This document shows, one piece after another, positions 36,756 through 45,422 of a stretch of 47,001 bases of DNA (its first letter is position 1; each line of letters opens with the position of its first letter). Origin of the DNA: Minisyncoccota bacterium (GTDB lineage Bacteria; Patescibacteriota; Minisyncoccia; Phycocordibacterales; UBA9973); contig JAGOPB010000002.1 of NCBI GenBank assembly GCA_017992255.1, forward strand, positions 1-47,001, read 5' to 3'. The notes beneath the pieces are model-generated. The model had not been told where the DNA came from. It searched no databases and saw only the letters and a program-made list of their open reading frames with translations. A program made the position numbers and the translations under genes.

Positions 36756-38417
36756 TTAGTGTTTTGACGTAGTTTTAGCATTCACAGGTAATACAATAGT
36801 AAACAGACTACCCTTTCCCTCACCATCGGATGTCACTGTTATGGTTCCTTGATGTGCCTCTACAATTTGTTTTGCTAAATATAAACCAAGACCAGATCCT
36901 TCACTATTTGCGACACGGCCCTCACTTCCTCTACTAAATTTTTTAAAAAGCGTTGAGATAGTCTCCTGACTCATTCCGATACCTGTATCCGCAATACTCA
37001 CTATAAAAATATTTTTTGTTTTATCTTTATCCAGAGTCAATTCTATACTACCTGTATTGGTATATTTAAAAGAGTTATCGATTATATTTAAAAATACTTG
37101 ACGCAATTTTTCTAAATCAGCACGAATAATGTATTCGCTAGCTGAAATTGTTCTGAATGACAATTTAATATTTTTATTTTTTGTCATTACTTTCATCTCA
37201 TCGACTACTCCAGCAATAATTCTTTTCAGATCACACAAGCCCATTTCAAACACAAGTCCCCCTTGTTCAATCTTGGATATATTTAAAAGATCATTAACTA
37301 CATTTACTAGATGGTTTGCCGAATCAAATATTCGAGTTAAGGATTTTTTTTGTTCCGTTGGTGACTTATCATATGTTCCATCTTCCAAAAGAGAAACGTA
37401 TCCTTTGATAAGAGTTAGTGGACCCCGTATTTGATGTGCAGCAAGAGAAAGGAACTCTGATTTCAATTTATTTTGTTGATCCAATTTTTTATTTGAATCT
37501 TCCAATTGTAAAGCGAGAACTTCAATTTGTTTTCGTTGTTTTTGTTGTTTAGATACATTACGCAGTAAAACAAATGCGATAATTATAGAAACTGCCAGTG
37601 TGAGTAAAGATAAGGATATGTCTGCTATGCCTTTTATAAATAGGAGTTGTGAACCAGTCATTATAATAAGTATATACACTAGCAACTGTGTCTCGATAAA
37701 ACGTATTTTGAAAATATGCAAATTAGTAATCGAGTACGTAATAATCAATAAAAAGACAGGAAGTATCAACAAACTATATAGATTTATTTCATAAATATCA
37801 GTTACAGAAGCAAGGTACTCTGTTGCTCCAAAAACAAGAAGAAATAAAAACATAGAACCACCTAGTATAAGAATTTGTCGTTTTTTAATAGCATTCGCTA
37901 ATTGATAATAGTAGACACCTGCAACAGCAATTACAATAATGCCAAATACTTCAACAAAAAGTTTGTAGTTAGTCAAAAATACACTCTCGATAGCTTCACA
38001 GGCAGGTTGATAAAACTGATGAATTGAATTTCCTCCTACTGTGAATAAAAAAGCAGGAATAGTCAGAAGAAATAACAAAAGACGAATTGTGAAATGCAAA
38101 TCTTTTTCTCTCACAACCACTAAAAAGAAGTATACTCCAGCTACTGCAAATGATAAACTGATATAATCGAGAAAAGACCATACAAATGAAATTAGATAGT
38201 AATTTTGTGCAGTCCAAGCAATCAAATCTCCTATTAACCAGATAGTAAATAAAGACAAGAAAAGTGCAAACACTCTTGATCGAAATGAGAATTTAGCTTT
38301 TATGAGAACAAACAGCGTTAAGAACAGAGCAATTGCAGCAGGAATAACGTGAGAGTAGTAGGCAATCAAGTGATAGTCTAATGTTGTTGCTAAGCATGTA
38401 TTTATCTGTTCTATCAT
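36756..38417 (-). CDS. Sensor histidine kinase with a polytopic (about 8 TM) N-terminal domain
   Basis: H-box FLSLAAHQIRGPLT, N-box NIIDNSFKYT, G1 DTGIGM, G2 GSGLGLYLAK. The first 290 aa or so are all TM helices. Confidence 0.9.
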   Translation of the reverse strand: MIEQINTCLATTLDYHLIAYYSHVIPAAIALFLTLFVLIKAKFSFRSRVFALFLSLFTIWLIGDLIAWTAQNYYLISFVWSFLDYISLSFAVAGVYFFLVVVREKDLHFTIRLLLFLLTIPAFLFTVGGNSIHQFYQPACEAIESVFLTNYKLFVEVFGIIVIAVAGVYYYQLANAIKKRQILILGGSMFLFLLVFGATEYLASVTDIYEINLYSLLILPVFLLIITYSITNLHIFKIRFIETQLLVYILIIMTGSQLLFIKGIADISLSLLTLAVSIIIAFVLLRNVSKQQKQRKQIEVLALQLEDSNKKLDQQNKLKSEFLSLAAHQIRGPLTLIKGYVSLLEDGTYDKSPTEQKKSLTRIFDSANHLVNVVNDLLNISKIEQGGLVFEMGLCDLKRIIAGVVDEMKVMTKNKNIKLSFRTISASEYIIRADLEKLRQVFLNIIDNSFKYTNTGSIELTLDKDKTKNIFIVSIADTGIGMSQETISTLFKKFSRGSEGRVANSEGSGLGLYLAKQIVEAHQGTITVTSDGEGKGSLFTIVLPVNAKTTSKH

Positions 38418-38424
38418 ATACTGA

Positions 38425-39231
38425 TTATTGTACCTTATCGTTTAAATATTTTCCAACATTTTCTGGATATGAATACCAAAACATATTATTCTCAATATCT
38501 GTAGGTTCTAGTGCTACAATGAGTGGCTTGAATCCTGTTTCATCATACAACCGTTTTATACCAGGTAATACAATCTCCTTTAAGAATTTTCTTTCGTGTA
38601 CATCGTCAAAAATAAAATTTTCAAACCAAATGTTATTTTGCAAAAATAATGCCATGAAACTTATATAGTACTCATTCGCACTTCCACCTATTTGATTAAA
38701 CCATTTTGAACTATCAAAAAACATATCTTTTTTATGAGAGATACCACAATGTTTAAAAAGTTCGTGGTGTAATTCTATTAGTGAAATATTATTTTTTGTT
38801 TTTACATCTTGTAACGGGATACCATTTGATTTATTGAAATCAATAATGGTTTTAAATTGAGTTAATTGGGCGCCTGTTTTTGAATACCCAGTGATAATCG
38901 GGATTTTACCAAGGTATTTTTTCATAACATTATTTGAAGTAAACTTGTCTGCATAGTATTCCCACAATAATGGTTTTAAATTCGAAAAACCAGTTAAAAA
39001 CAAGAAACGCCTTATTTCAAAATTCGGCGTAGCTACTTGTCTAAATAGTACACAACGTTGCTCGGTACGAAGCGGTTCTGGAATATCATATGGAAAATAT
39101 TTTTTTATTGCAGTAGCAAGTTCAGTATTACTTTTTCTTTTTTCAAGTTCTTGTATTGCATCATTAAACGACATATACATGAAGCTGTTGAACAAGTCTT
39201 TGTTTTCTAAAAGAGTATCTATTTCAGGCAT
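38425..39231 (-). CDS. Hypothetical 268-aa cytoplasmic protein, no family recognised
   Basis: Long intact ORF. Its stop lies 7 nt before the kinase ATG and its start 1 nt after the upstream stop. No TM segment and no motif I can name. Confidence 0.6.
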   Translation of the reverse strand: MPEIDTLLENKDLFNSFMYMSFNDAIQELEKRKSNTELATAIKKYFPYDIPEPLRTEQRCVLFRQVATPNFEIRRFLFLTGFSNLKPLLWEYYADKFTSNNVMKKYLGKIPIITGYSKTGAQLTQFKTIIDFNKSNGIPLQDVKTKNNISLIELHHELFKHCGISHKKDMFFDSSKWFNQIGGSANEYYISFMALFLQNNIWFENFIFDDVHERKFLKEIVLPGIKRLYDETGFKPLIVALEPTDIENNMFWYSYPENVGKYLNDKVQ

Positions 39232-39232
39232 G

Positions 39233-39595
39233 TTATTGTTTAGAACAACTCGTTACATTATCTTCTTCACAGAGTAGTTCAGTACAAGCTATTGAACCAG
39301 ACAAACACTCTGTCAAACAAGAATTTTCAGTACAAGTATCGAAGTCAGATGCGTTTATTTGAAATACTCTATAGGATTGAAGACTGTTTGGTGGACAATA
39401 GTTTCCTTCATCTGTGCAAGATCGTATATAACAAGTATCGGTATTGATATCGCACGGTGCTTCTACAATGAATTGAAAATGTTTTGTTTTGTAGAAATGA
39501 AACCATGTTGTGAAGATTACCATCAGTATTGTGAGAATAATAAGTGTCTGCAACATGGTTGAAAAGAAAATATTGATATTTTTTTTCGTTTCCAT
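39233..39595 (-). CDS. Hypothetical 120-aa membrane-anchored Cys-rich protein (10 Cys in about 80 aa)
   Basis: N-terminal TM segment (LQTLIILTILMVIFTTWF), then CDINTDTCYIRSCTDEGNYC...CTENSCLTECLSGSIACTELLCEEDNVTSC. Confidence 0.55.
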   Translation of the reverse strand: METKKNINIFFSTMLQTLIILTILMVIFTTWFHFYKTKHFQFIVEAPCDINTDTCYIRSCTDEGNYCPPNSLQSYRVFQINASDFDTCTENSCLTECLSGSIACTELLCEEDNVTSCSKQ

Positions 39596-39618
39596 TATTT
39601 TAGTATAGCAAAAATTAA

Positions 39619-40563
39619 TTAAAATAAAAATGAGCTAGCAATTATCATAATAATAATAGCTACTATTTTAGGTAGAATAGCTTTTTTCGTTACATCTTCT
39701 TCTAAACCAGAAATTTTAAGTTTTGTTAGTATGATCGACAAAATAAAAACATACATAGCCTGAAATGATACAAATGTATAGACGATGGCTACCGGTGCCA
39801 GAAGCAGAGCCATATTAATAGATAAATTTCCCAGTACAGTGATTACTTCACTTCCCATGTTGAGCGAAAAAACAGGAACACCACTAGAGCGTAGTTTGAG
39901 TAAAAAATCGTGCCGATAACGTTTTACAAATATAAATATTAGTATTCCTGCAATACCCAGTCCAGCGTATTGCCAAAATTGGGAAATCCAAAAATTCTCA
40001 TCAATTGCAACATATTTAAATATTACTGATGAAATTACCTCGAGCATGCTTGCTACTAACATAAGAAATAAAATTCGTGTTTTCAGTTTTATTTTGTTAC
40101 CTCTAAAATCAAGTGATAACAGCACAGCTCCTATGATTACCCCAAATATTGCAACTATTTCTCCCATACCCAATATTTCATCAAAAGCCAAGATTCCAAG
40201 TCCGTATGCGAATACTATTTGTATCAGAAAAAGTGGTGCAATGGTCGACACTTCATCTTTTTGTAGTGCGTACAGATAACAAATGATCCATCCTATATTT
40301 ATAAAACCCGCAAGTAGCAACAGCAAGACATCTGAACTGCCAAGAGAAAATACTTCCGGTTTGAAAAAAGAGATAACTATGGCAACAACCACACCAAATG
40401 TACTAGAGAACAATACTAGAGAGCCGGGACTTTCTTGTGTCTTTGTTTCGGTATGTTTGTCATTATTTTTCTTGGAATAAAAACGCTCTACGAGATATTT
40501 ATCTGTTTGATTGACGATTGCCCAAAGCAACGGACCTGCGATTGCATAAAAATACCAAGGCAT
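39619..40563 (-). CDS. EamA/DMT-superfamily transporter
   Basis: About 10 TM segments in two EamA-like halves. The start lies 1 nt after the dnaJ stop. Confidence 0.8.
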   Translation of the reverse strand: MPWYFYAIAGPLLWAIVNQTDKYLVERFYSKKNNDKHTETKTQESPGSLVLFSSTFGVVVAIVISFFKPEVFSLGSSDVLLLLLAGFINIGWIICYLYALQKDEVSTIAPLFLIQIVFAYGLGILAFDEILGMGEIVAIFGVIIGAVLLSLDFRGNKIKLKTRILFLMLVASMLEVISSVIFKYVAIDENFWISQFWQYAGLGIAGILIFIFVKRYRHDFLLKLRSSGVPVFSLNMGSEVITVLGNLSINMALLLAPVAIVYTFVSFQAMYVFILSIILTKLKISGLEEDVTKKAILPKIVAIIIMIIASSFLF

Positions 40564-40564
40564 A

Positions 40565-41650
40565 TTATATTCCCTCGTCTCTTAATTTCTTTACTTCTTC
40601 TAGTGCTTTTTTCGATAATTTTTTTGGGATTGCAATAGATATCTTTATCAAAAAATCACCACGTCTATTTCGTCCCTGCACAACTCCTTTATCTTTTATT
40701 CGCAACAAATCGCCATGACTAACACCCTCTGGTATTTTTACGGTTATGGGACCATCAAGAGTTTCTATAGTGTGCGATGCTCCAAGTAAAGCATCAGTTA
40801 ATTTGATAGTATGTGCAAATATGAGATTGGATCCTTCACGTTTTATATGAGCATGTGGAGTGATGTTTATTTTCACATACAAATCTCCAGGACGACCCCC
40901 AGTGACAGCTTCACCCATACCAGTAAGTCGAATCATTTGTCCATCATCTATCCCAGCGGGTACTGCAATAACCACTTCACTTTCTCCACGCTTTACACCT
41001 GCACCTTTACAATTGGAACATGCTTCATCAGGAACTTTACCCTGACCTCTACATGTCTCACACAGTACTTCTGTCGAAAATGATCCAAGAATTGTTCGCT
41101 TTGTTTCCTGTACACGACCTTTTCCATTACATGTTTTACAAGCTGACATTTTACTCCCTTTTTTTGCGCCACTACCTTCACATACATTACACGTGGAAAC
41201 CTTTGCCAATATCACATGTCTTTCTACACCAAAAATTGAATCCTTGAATGATATATTAATTTCTGTGGAAATATCTCTACCTTGTCGAACTCGAGAACGA
41301 GACTGACCAGAAAATATATCTCCGAATATATCTCCAAAATCGTTCATATCGAAACCTTCAGTGTTGTTTTGCCACTGAAAACCACCAAATCCACCCTGAT
41401 TGAAACCACCGGACCCAGCATTGCTTGAGGGACCTGCACCGTCAAACGTTTGTCCGTATTGGTCGTATTGAGAACGTTTTCTATCATCAGAAAGTGTTTG
41501 ATATGCTTCATTTACTTCTTTAAATTTCACATCATCACCACCTGATTTATCAGGATGATACTTGTGAGCAAGTTTATGAAAAGCTTTTTTTAATTCGTCT
41601 TTTGTAACGGACTTCTCTACACCTAAAATTTCATAATAGTTTTTACTCAT
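40565..41650 (-). CDS. dnaJ: Chaperone DnaJ
   Basis: J-domain with HPD (KYHPDK), G/F-rich linker, four CxxCxGxG zinc-finger repeats, C-terminal substrate-binding domains. Confidence 0.95.
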   Translation of the reverse strand: MSKNYYEILGVEKSVTKDELKKAFHKLAHKYHPDKSGGDDVKFKEVNEAYQTLSDDRKRSQYDQYGQTFDGAGPSSNAGSGGFNQGGFGGFQWQNNTEGFDMNDFGDIFGDIFSGQSRSRVRQGRDISTEINISFKDSIFGVERHVILAKVSTCNVCEGSGAKKGSKMSACKTCNGKGRVQETKRTILGSFSTEVLCETCRGQGKVPDEACSNCKGAGVKRGESEVVIAVPAGIDDGQMIRLTGMGEAVTGGRPGDLYVKINITPHAHIKREGSNLIFAHTIKLTDALLGASHTIETLDGPITVKIPEGVSHGDLLRIKDKGVVQGRNRRGDFLIKISIAIPKKLSKKALEEVKKLRDEGI

Positions 41651-41715
41651 AATAGTAGGACTATAGCATATTTATATTCACTGGTCGACTAGCTTTGTGT
41701 TAATTAATTTGTGAA

Positions 41716-42384
41716 TTATTGTATACGATGTGTATTATTTTTTTTCTTCCAGTGTGTCAATGTACCCATTTGTATTTCCAGTGTATCTGCCTTACGACAT
41801 TTTTTGAGTTCATTTTTATTAATTACATTAATATGTCGTACTGTGTCTAACGCGTGATCTAACACCCAAAGATCGTTTATACTGGTTATCCATGAATAAC
41901 CTTTCATAAAAGGTGACATTCCAACAGAGTACGCGTACAATGTTTTTTGCCCATTTGGTAAAAAATATTCATGAAAATACGACATAATTAATTCTCTTAG
42001 TGATTGATATATAGGCTCTCGGTATCGCAAGACACCATGATTGGTTTTTGACAACGCACCAAGATACTCGCCTTGTTTGAATATAGTTATTACATGATCG
42101 TCATCTGGACGAGTAGCTTGAAGATGTACCAACTTACTATCTATACCATGAAGAGCTAAAATATATGTGGACAACAGAGCACCTTCCATACAGTGTGCCA
42201 TTTTGGATTTTACAACTGACAATGGAGAGTGACACGTTTCACCTTTATATTCAAAATTTTGAGGTATAGTATTCAAATAATCTTGCACTTTGGCAGGCGT
42301 AGACAAATGCAAAAAAAGTTTTTGTTCTTTTTTAGGAAAAGACTTTAGTAGTTCTTTACATATTTTTTGAGTATTGTTATTCAT
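41716..42384 (-). CDS. Hypothetical protein with a transglutaminase/papain-like Cys-His core (tentative)
   Basis: AHCMEGALLSTYILALHG...DDDHVITIFKQGEYLGALSKTN fits the Cys ... His ... Asp/Asn spacing of transglutaminase-like cysteine peptidase folds. It overlaps the nth stop by 8 nt. Confidence 0.45.
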   Translation of the reverse strand: MNNNTQKICKELLKSFPKKEQKLFLHLSTPAKVQDYLNTIPQNFEYKGETCHSPLSVVKSKMAHCMEGALLSTYILALHGIDSKLVHLQATRPDDDHVITIFKQGEYLGALSKTNHGVLRYREPIYQSLRELIMSYFHEYFLPNGQKTLYAYSVGMSPFMKGYSWITSINDLWVLDHALDTVRHINVINKNELKKCRKADTLEIQMGTLTHWKKKNNTHRIQ

Positions 42385-43021
42385 ATTTTTTCAATTCCAC
42401 CATGAGTGGATCATTTTCTTTGTTGTAGTTGCGAGCTTTTCCCTCTTTTCTTCCATACTCTTTTATAGCATACCCTGCTTTTTTCCAATCTTTTTTTGCG
42501 ATAATTTGAAGCAAATCTTTCTCTATAGCATCTGGATTTTTTGCTTGTGACAACCCAAAACGTTTTACAAAACGTATAACGTGTGTGTCAACAGGTATAC
42601 CTATGTTGTACCCCATACCATTTGATAGTACAACAACTGCAGTTTTGCGTCCGACTCCAGGAAATCGACGCAATTCTTCTTCTGTTACAGGAATGATACC
42701 ATTGCATTCTTGTACAACCATACTGGCTGTTTTCTGAATATATTTAGTTTTTATTTTATAATAGCCTAGCGGATATATAATTCTTTCAATATCTGTCTTG
42801 TTTGCTTTTGCTAGCATCTCTGGGGTTTTGTATTGAGCAAATAATTTCTTAGTGACTACATTAACTGCTTCATCAGTAGTTTGTGCTGACAGAATAACCG
42901 CAATTAATAGCTGAAATATCGTATCGTAATAAAGAAATGTTCTATCTCGTTTATAGAAATTCAATAATATCGGTTTGATAATATTCCAGATTTGTTCCGG
43001 TGGCTTTTGTTTGAGCGACAT
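42377..43021 (-). CDS. nth: Endonuclease III-like HhH-GPD DNA glycosylase lacking the Fe-S cluster cysteines
   Basis: HhH-GPD LRRFPGVGRKTAVVVL (catalytic Lys) and VDTHVIRF (Asp). The C-terminus has no Cys-x6-Cys-x2-Cys-x5-Cys motif, and the whole protein has only one Cys. Confidence 0.8.
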   Translation of the reverse strand: MSLKQKPPEQIWNIIKPILLNFYKRDRTFLYYDTIFQLLIAVILSAQTTDEAVNVVTKKLFAQYKTPEMLAKANKTDIERIIYPLGYYKIKTKYIQKTASMVVQECNGIIPVTEEELRRFPGVGRKTAVVVLSNGMGYNIGIPVDTHVIRFVKRFGLSQAKNPDAIEKDLLQIIAKKDWKKAGYAIKEYGRKEGKARNYNKENDPLMVELKKYE

Positions 43022-43050
43022 TGTTTGATTGTTTTAGTAGCAGTTTACTG

Positions 43051-44184
43051 TTATGAAGATTGTTCTGCTTTGTGTCGGTGTGGCAAAAAAGGACGTCGCC
43101 ACCAGGAATATTTTTTACGGTGATGACTCAGTACAATGTGATCCAAAGAAAATATTTCTTTTTCAAAAAATAGTGCCAAGGCTGTACCGTACAGTATGTA
43201 GTGTGGCCACACCGATTCTCCAAAATACGATATTGAAAGAGTGAGGTAAAACAACATTACAACAAGTGTAAGCCGTAGTTCGAAACCAAAAATTATAAAT
43301 AATCCAATTACTATTTCAACTATCCCTGCCCCTAAGGTTATGAGTGCTGGATCACTAGGGAAAAGATAACGAAATTGCGTCAAATTGTACTCTTGTATTA
43401 CCCTGATCGTTAATTCTGGATGAAACAATTTTACTTGAATGGCAGTATAGATGAGTGCAACACCAAAAGTAAAACGAATCAATGTTGTAGCGTATGGTTC
43501 TAGTTTTTTGAATCGAGTGACCAAGTTTGGAAAAAAAATAGCGTCAAGAGAATAACGACTTACACCAAACAACAATAGTACCAATAATTCACCTACATAC
43601 ATACAATAGGTCAACATATACAAACCATGACTTGCAAAAGCAAACGTAAACGCTATAAGTCCTAACAATGCTCCTATTTCAGTTAAAAATCCAAAAAGTA
43701 TAAAGAGTGCGGAAACAATCAGAAGTGGAGACACGAGATCTGCATGAATAATATTTGAAAATGGTAATTCTGGACCAAATAAACTGTGCACAGTTGCAGC
43801 ACGGAAAAAAGATACAGCAATGGCAATTCTTACAAGAACTGGACCGATATCAGAATATTGTTCAATTTTTTTGCCTATTTTTTGAAAAAATTTCGTACGA
43901 CGAAGAAAAAAGTTTACACATAACGCTAGTAAAACAAACACAGCAATAGTAACACCTGTATTGAAATTTTGCGGATTGGTTAGAGGGGTTAGACCAGTGG
44001 GTTGTGAAATGCTATCAGTTACTTGCCAAAAATAATTTTGTGGCAACACATACGCCTCATGTGCATAAGCAGTATTTGCAATACCTATACCACATACAGC
44101 GAGTAAGAGAAATATATTTTTTAGTGATATTTTTAAATTATAATTAGCAAAATATTTTCTCATCGGTACTTGTAAGTATATCAT
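43051..44184 (-). CDS. Hypothetical polytopic membrane protein (about 9 TM) with an N-terminal signal-like segment
   Basis: The signal-like N-terminus ends ...IANTAYA/HEAYVL, and many TM helices follow. An alternative ATG lies at 44163. No family recognised with confidence. Confidence 0.6.
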   Translation of the reverse strand: MIYLQVPMRKYFANYNLKISLKNIFLLLAVCGIGIANTAYAHEAYVLPQNYFWQVTDSISQPTGLTPLTNPQNFNTGVTIAVFVLLALCVNFFLRRTKFFQKIGKKIEQYSDIGPVLVRIAIAVSFFRAATVHSLFGPELPFSNIIHADLVSPLLIVSALFILFGFLTEIGALLGLIAFTFAFASHGLYMLTYCMYVGELLVLLLFGVSRYSLDAIFFPNLVTRFKKLEPYATTLIRFTFGVALIYTAIQVKLFHPELTIRVIQEYNLTQFRYLFPSDPALITLGAGIVEIVIGLFIIFGFELRLTLVVMLFYLTLSISYFGESVWPHYILYGTALALFFEKEIFSLDHIVLSHHRKKYSWWRRPFLPHRHKAEQSS

Positions 44185-44216
44185 ATTATTTAATTTGAAT
44201 TTAATAAATATCTATA

Positions 44217-45155
44217 TCACTTATCCCACGGAAACCCATGTCCAAAATGACCCCAGGTGCATGTTTTTGTATATTCTATAGTGTTCAGCGACAATGCACT
44301 GTTTATACCTTGCGGTGACAGGTCGTAGTCTGTAATTTCAATTTCTTTTCCATCCACAACCGCGACTGCCATTACTGGGTTTGAGAGACCTATAGCGTAT
44401 GCTATTTTTGTATACACTTTATGAGCATTGTATTTTTTCAAATAGTCAATTGCTATTTTGCGAGCCATATATGCACCAGAACGATCTACTTTAGTAAAAT
44501 CTTTTCCAGAAAATGAGCCTCCCCCGATTGGTATTTCGGGACCATAGTTGTCCACAATGAGTTTTCGACCAGAAAGACCGGTGTCAGCATCAAAACCACC
44601 AACAGTCCATTCACCTGCCGGGTTGATGAGATACTCGTCCGCGATAATAATACTTTTTACAAGAGGAAGTAAATCAACATTTTTTGCATTTTGAAAACTA
44701 CACACAACTGTTTTTATTTTATTGTCTACAATAGTAACTTGAGTTTTTCCATCGTATGGATATTTTTCATATACCTTCATACACAGATTTCGAGCTAGTT
44801 CATATTCTAGTGGCATAGCATTGTCTGTTTCATTTGTTGCGTATCCTTTCATAATTCCTTGATCTCCCGCACCACCACCGTCTACGCCTCGTGCTATTTC
44901 AACACTTTGTTTTGAAAGGTTTATTATTATTTTATATTCTTTTCCAACTATATGTTCAACAATGCGCTGAAAATCTGCTTCGTACGTGGATGAAATCTCT
45001 CCGTTTAAGGTAATAAGTTTGTGACCACCCATCACTTCTAGTGCGACGCGAGCTTTTGGATCATGGATCAAATACTTGTCTAAAATGCTATCTGCAATAA
45101 AATCACATAGCTTATCTGGGTGTCTCGGAGATACAAATTCTGCTGTTTTAATCAT
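44217..45155 (-). CDS. metK: S-adenosylmethionine synthetase, minimised (about 312 aa)
   Basis: ATG 45155 (the track opens at TTG 45164). Motifs SPRHPDKLCD, GAGDQGIMKGYATNET, DGKTQVT, GGGSFSGKDFTKVDRSGAY. Confidence 0.9.
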   Translation of the reverse strand: MIKTAEFVSPRHPDKLCDFIADSILDKYLIHDPKARVALEVMGGHKLITLNGEISSTYEADFQRIVEHIVGKEYKIIINLSKQSVEIARGVDGGGAGDQGIMKGYATNETDNAMPLEYELARNLCMKVYEKYPYDGKTQVTIVDNKIKTVVCSFQNAKNVDLLPLVKSIIIADEYLINPAGEWTVGGFDADTGLSGRKLIVDNYGPEIPIGGGSFSGKDFTKVDRSGAYMARKIAIDYLKKYNAHKVYTKIAYAIGLSNPVMAVAVVDGKEIEITDYDLSPQGINSALSLNTIEYTKTCTWGHFGHGFPWDK

Positions 45156-45189
45156 AGTGTACAATTATATTACTAATAATAATTCAAAC

Positions 45190-45345
45190 AAAAAACACCC
45201 GAAGGGTGAAGAGTGTATTATATCTTCCCTGTCGGTAACGATGTATTAACATACAAAGTGACAAGCTTGAATGGAGCACCGTTTCTGTACGAATGGTTGC
45301 TGGTAGGTCATCGAGTCAAATCTCTCGCTACACTCTTGATACATA
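45190..45345 (-). promoter_or_regulatory. SAM-I (S-box) riboswitch with intrinsic terminator, upstream of metK
   Basis: The reverse complement reads AUCAAGAGUGUAGCGAGAGAUUUGACUCGAUGACCUACCAGCAACC...GGUGCUCCAUUC...CACUCUU, which has the SAM-I core blocks (AUCAAGAG, GAGGGA-like, GAUGA, GCAACC, GGUGCU). P1 is AAGAGUG/CACUCUU. The terminator CACCCUUCGGGUG plus U6 lies at 45208-45190. Confidence 0.82.
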
Positions 45346-45372
45346 TTAAATTGTAGATAAAGTATATATCAT

Positions 45373-45410
45373 AAAAAAATAGCATGCAAGTCGGAAACAT
45401 TGCATGCTAT
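45373..45410 (-). terminator. Rho-independent terminator after the PIN-PhoH gene
   Basis: TAGCATGCAA / TTGCATGCTA form a 10-bp stem, followed in minus-strand sense by T7. Confidence 0.75.
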
Positions 45411-45422
45411 ATTTGTTTTATT

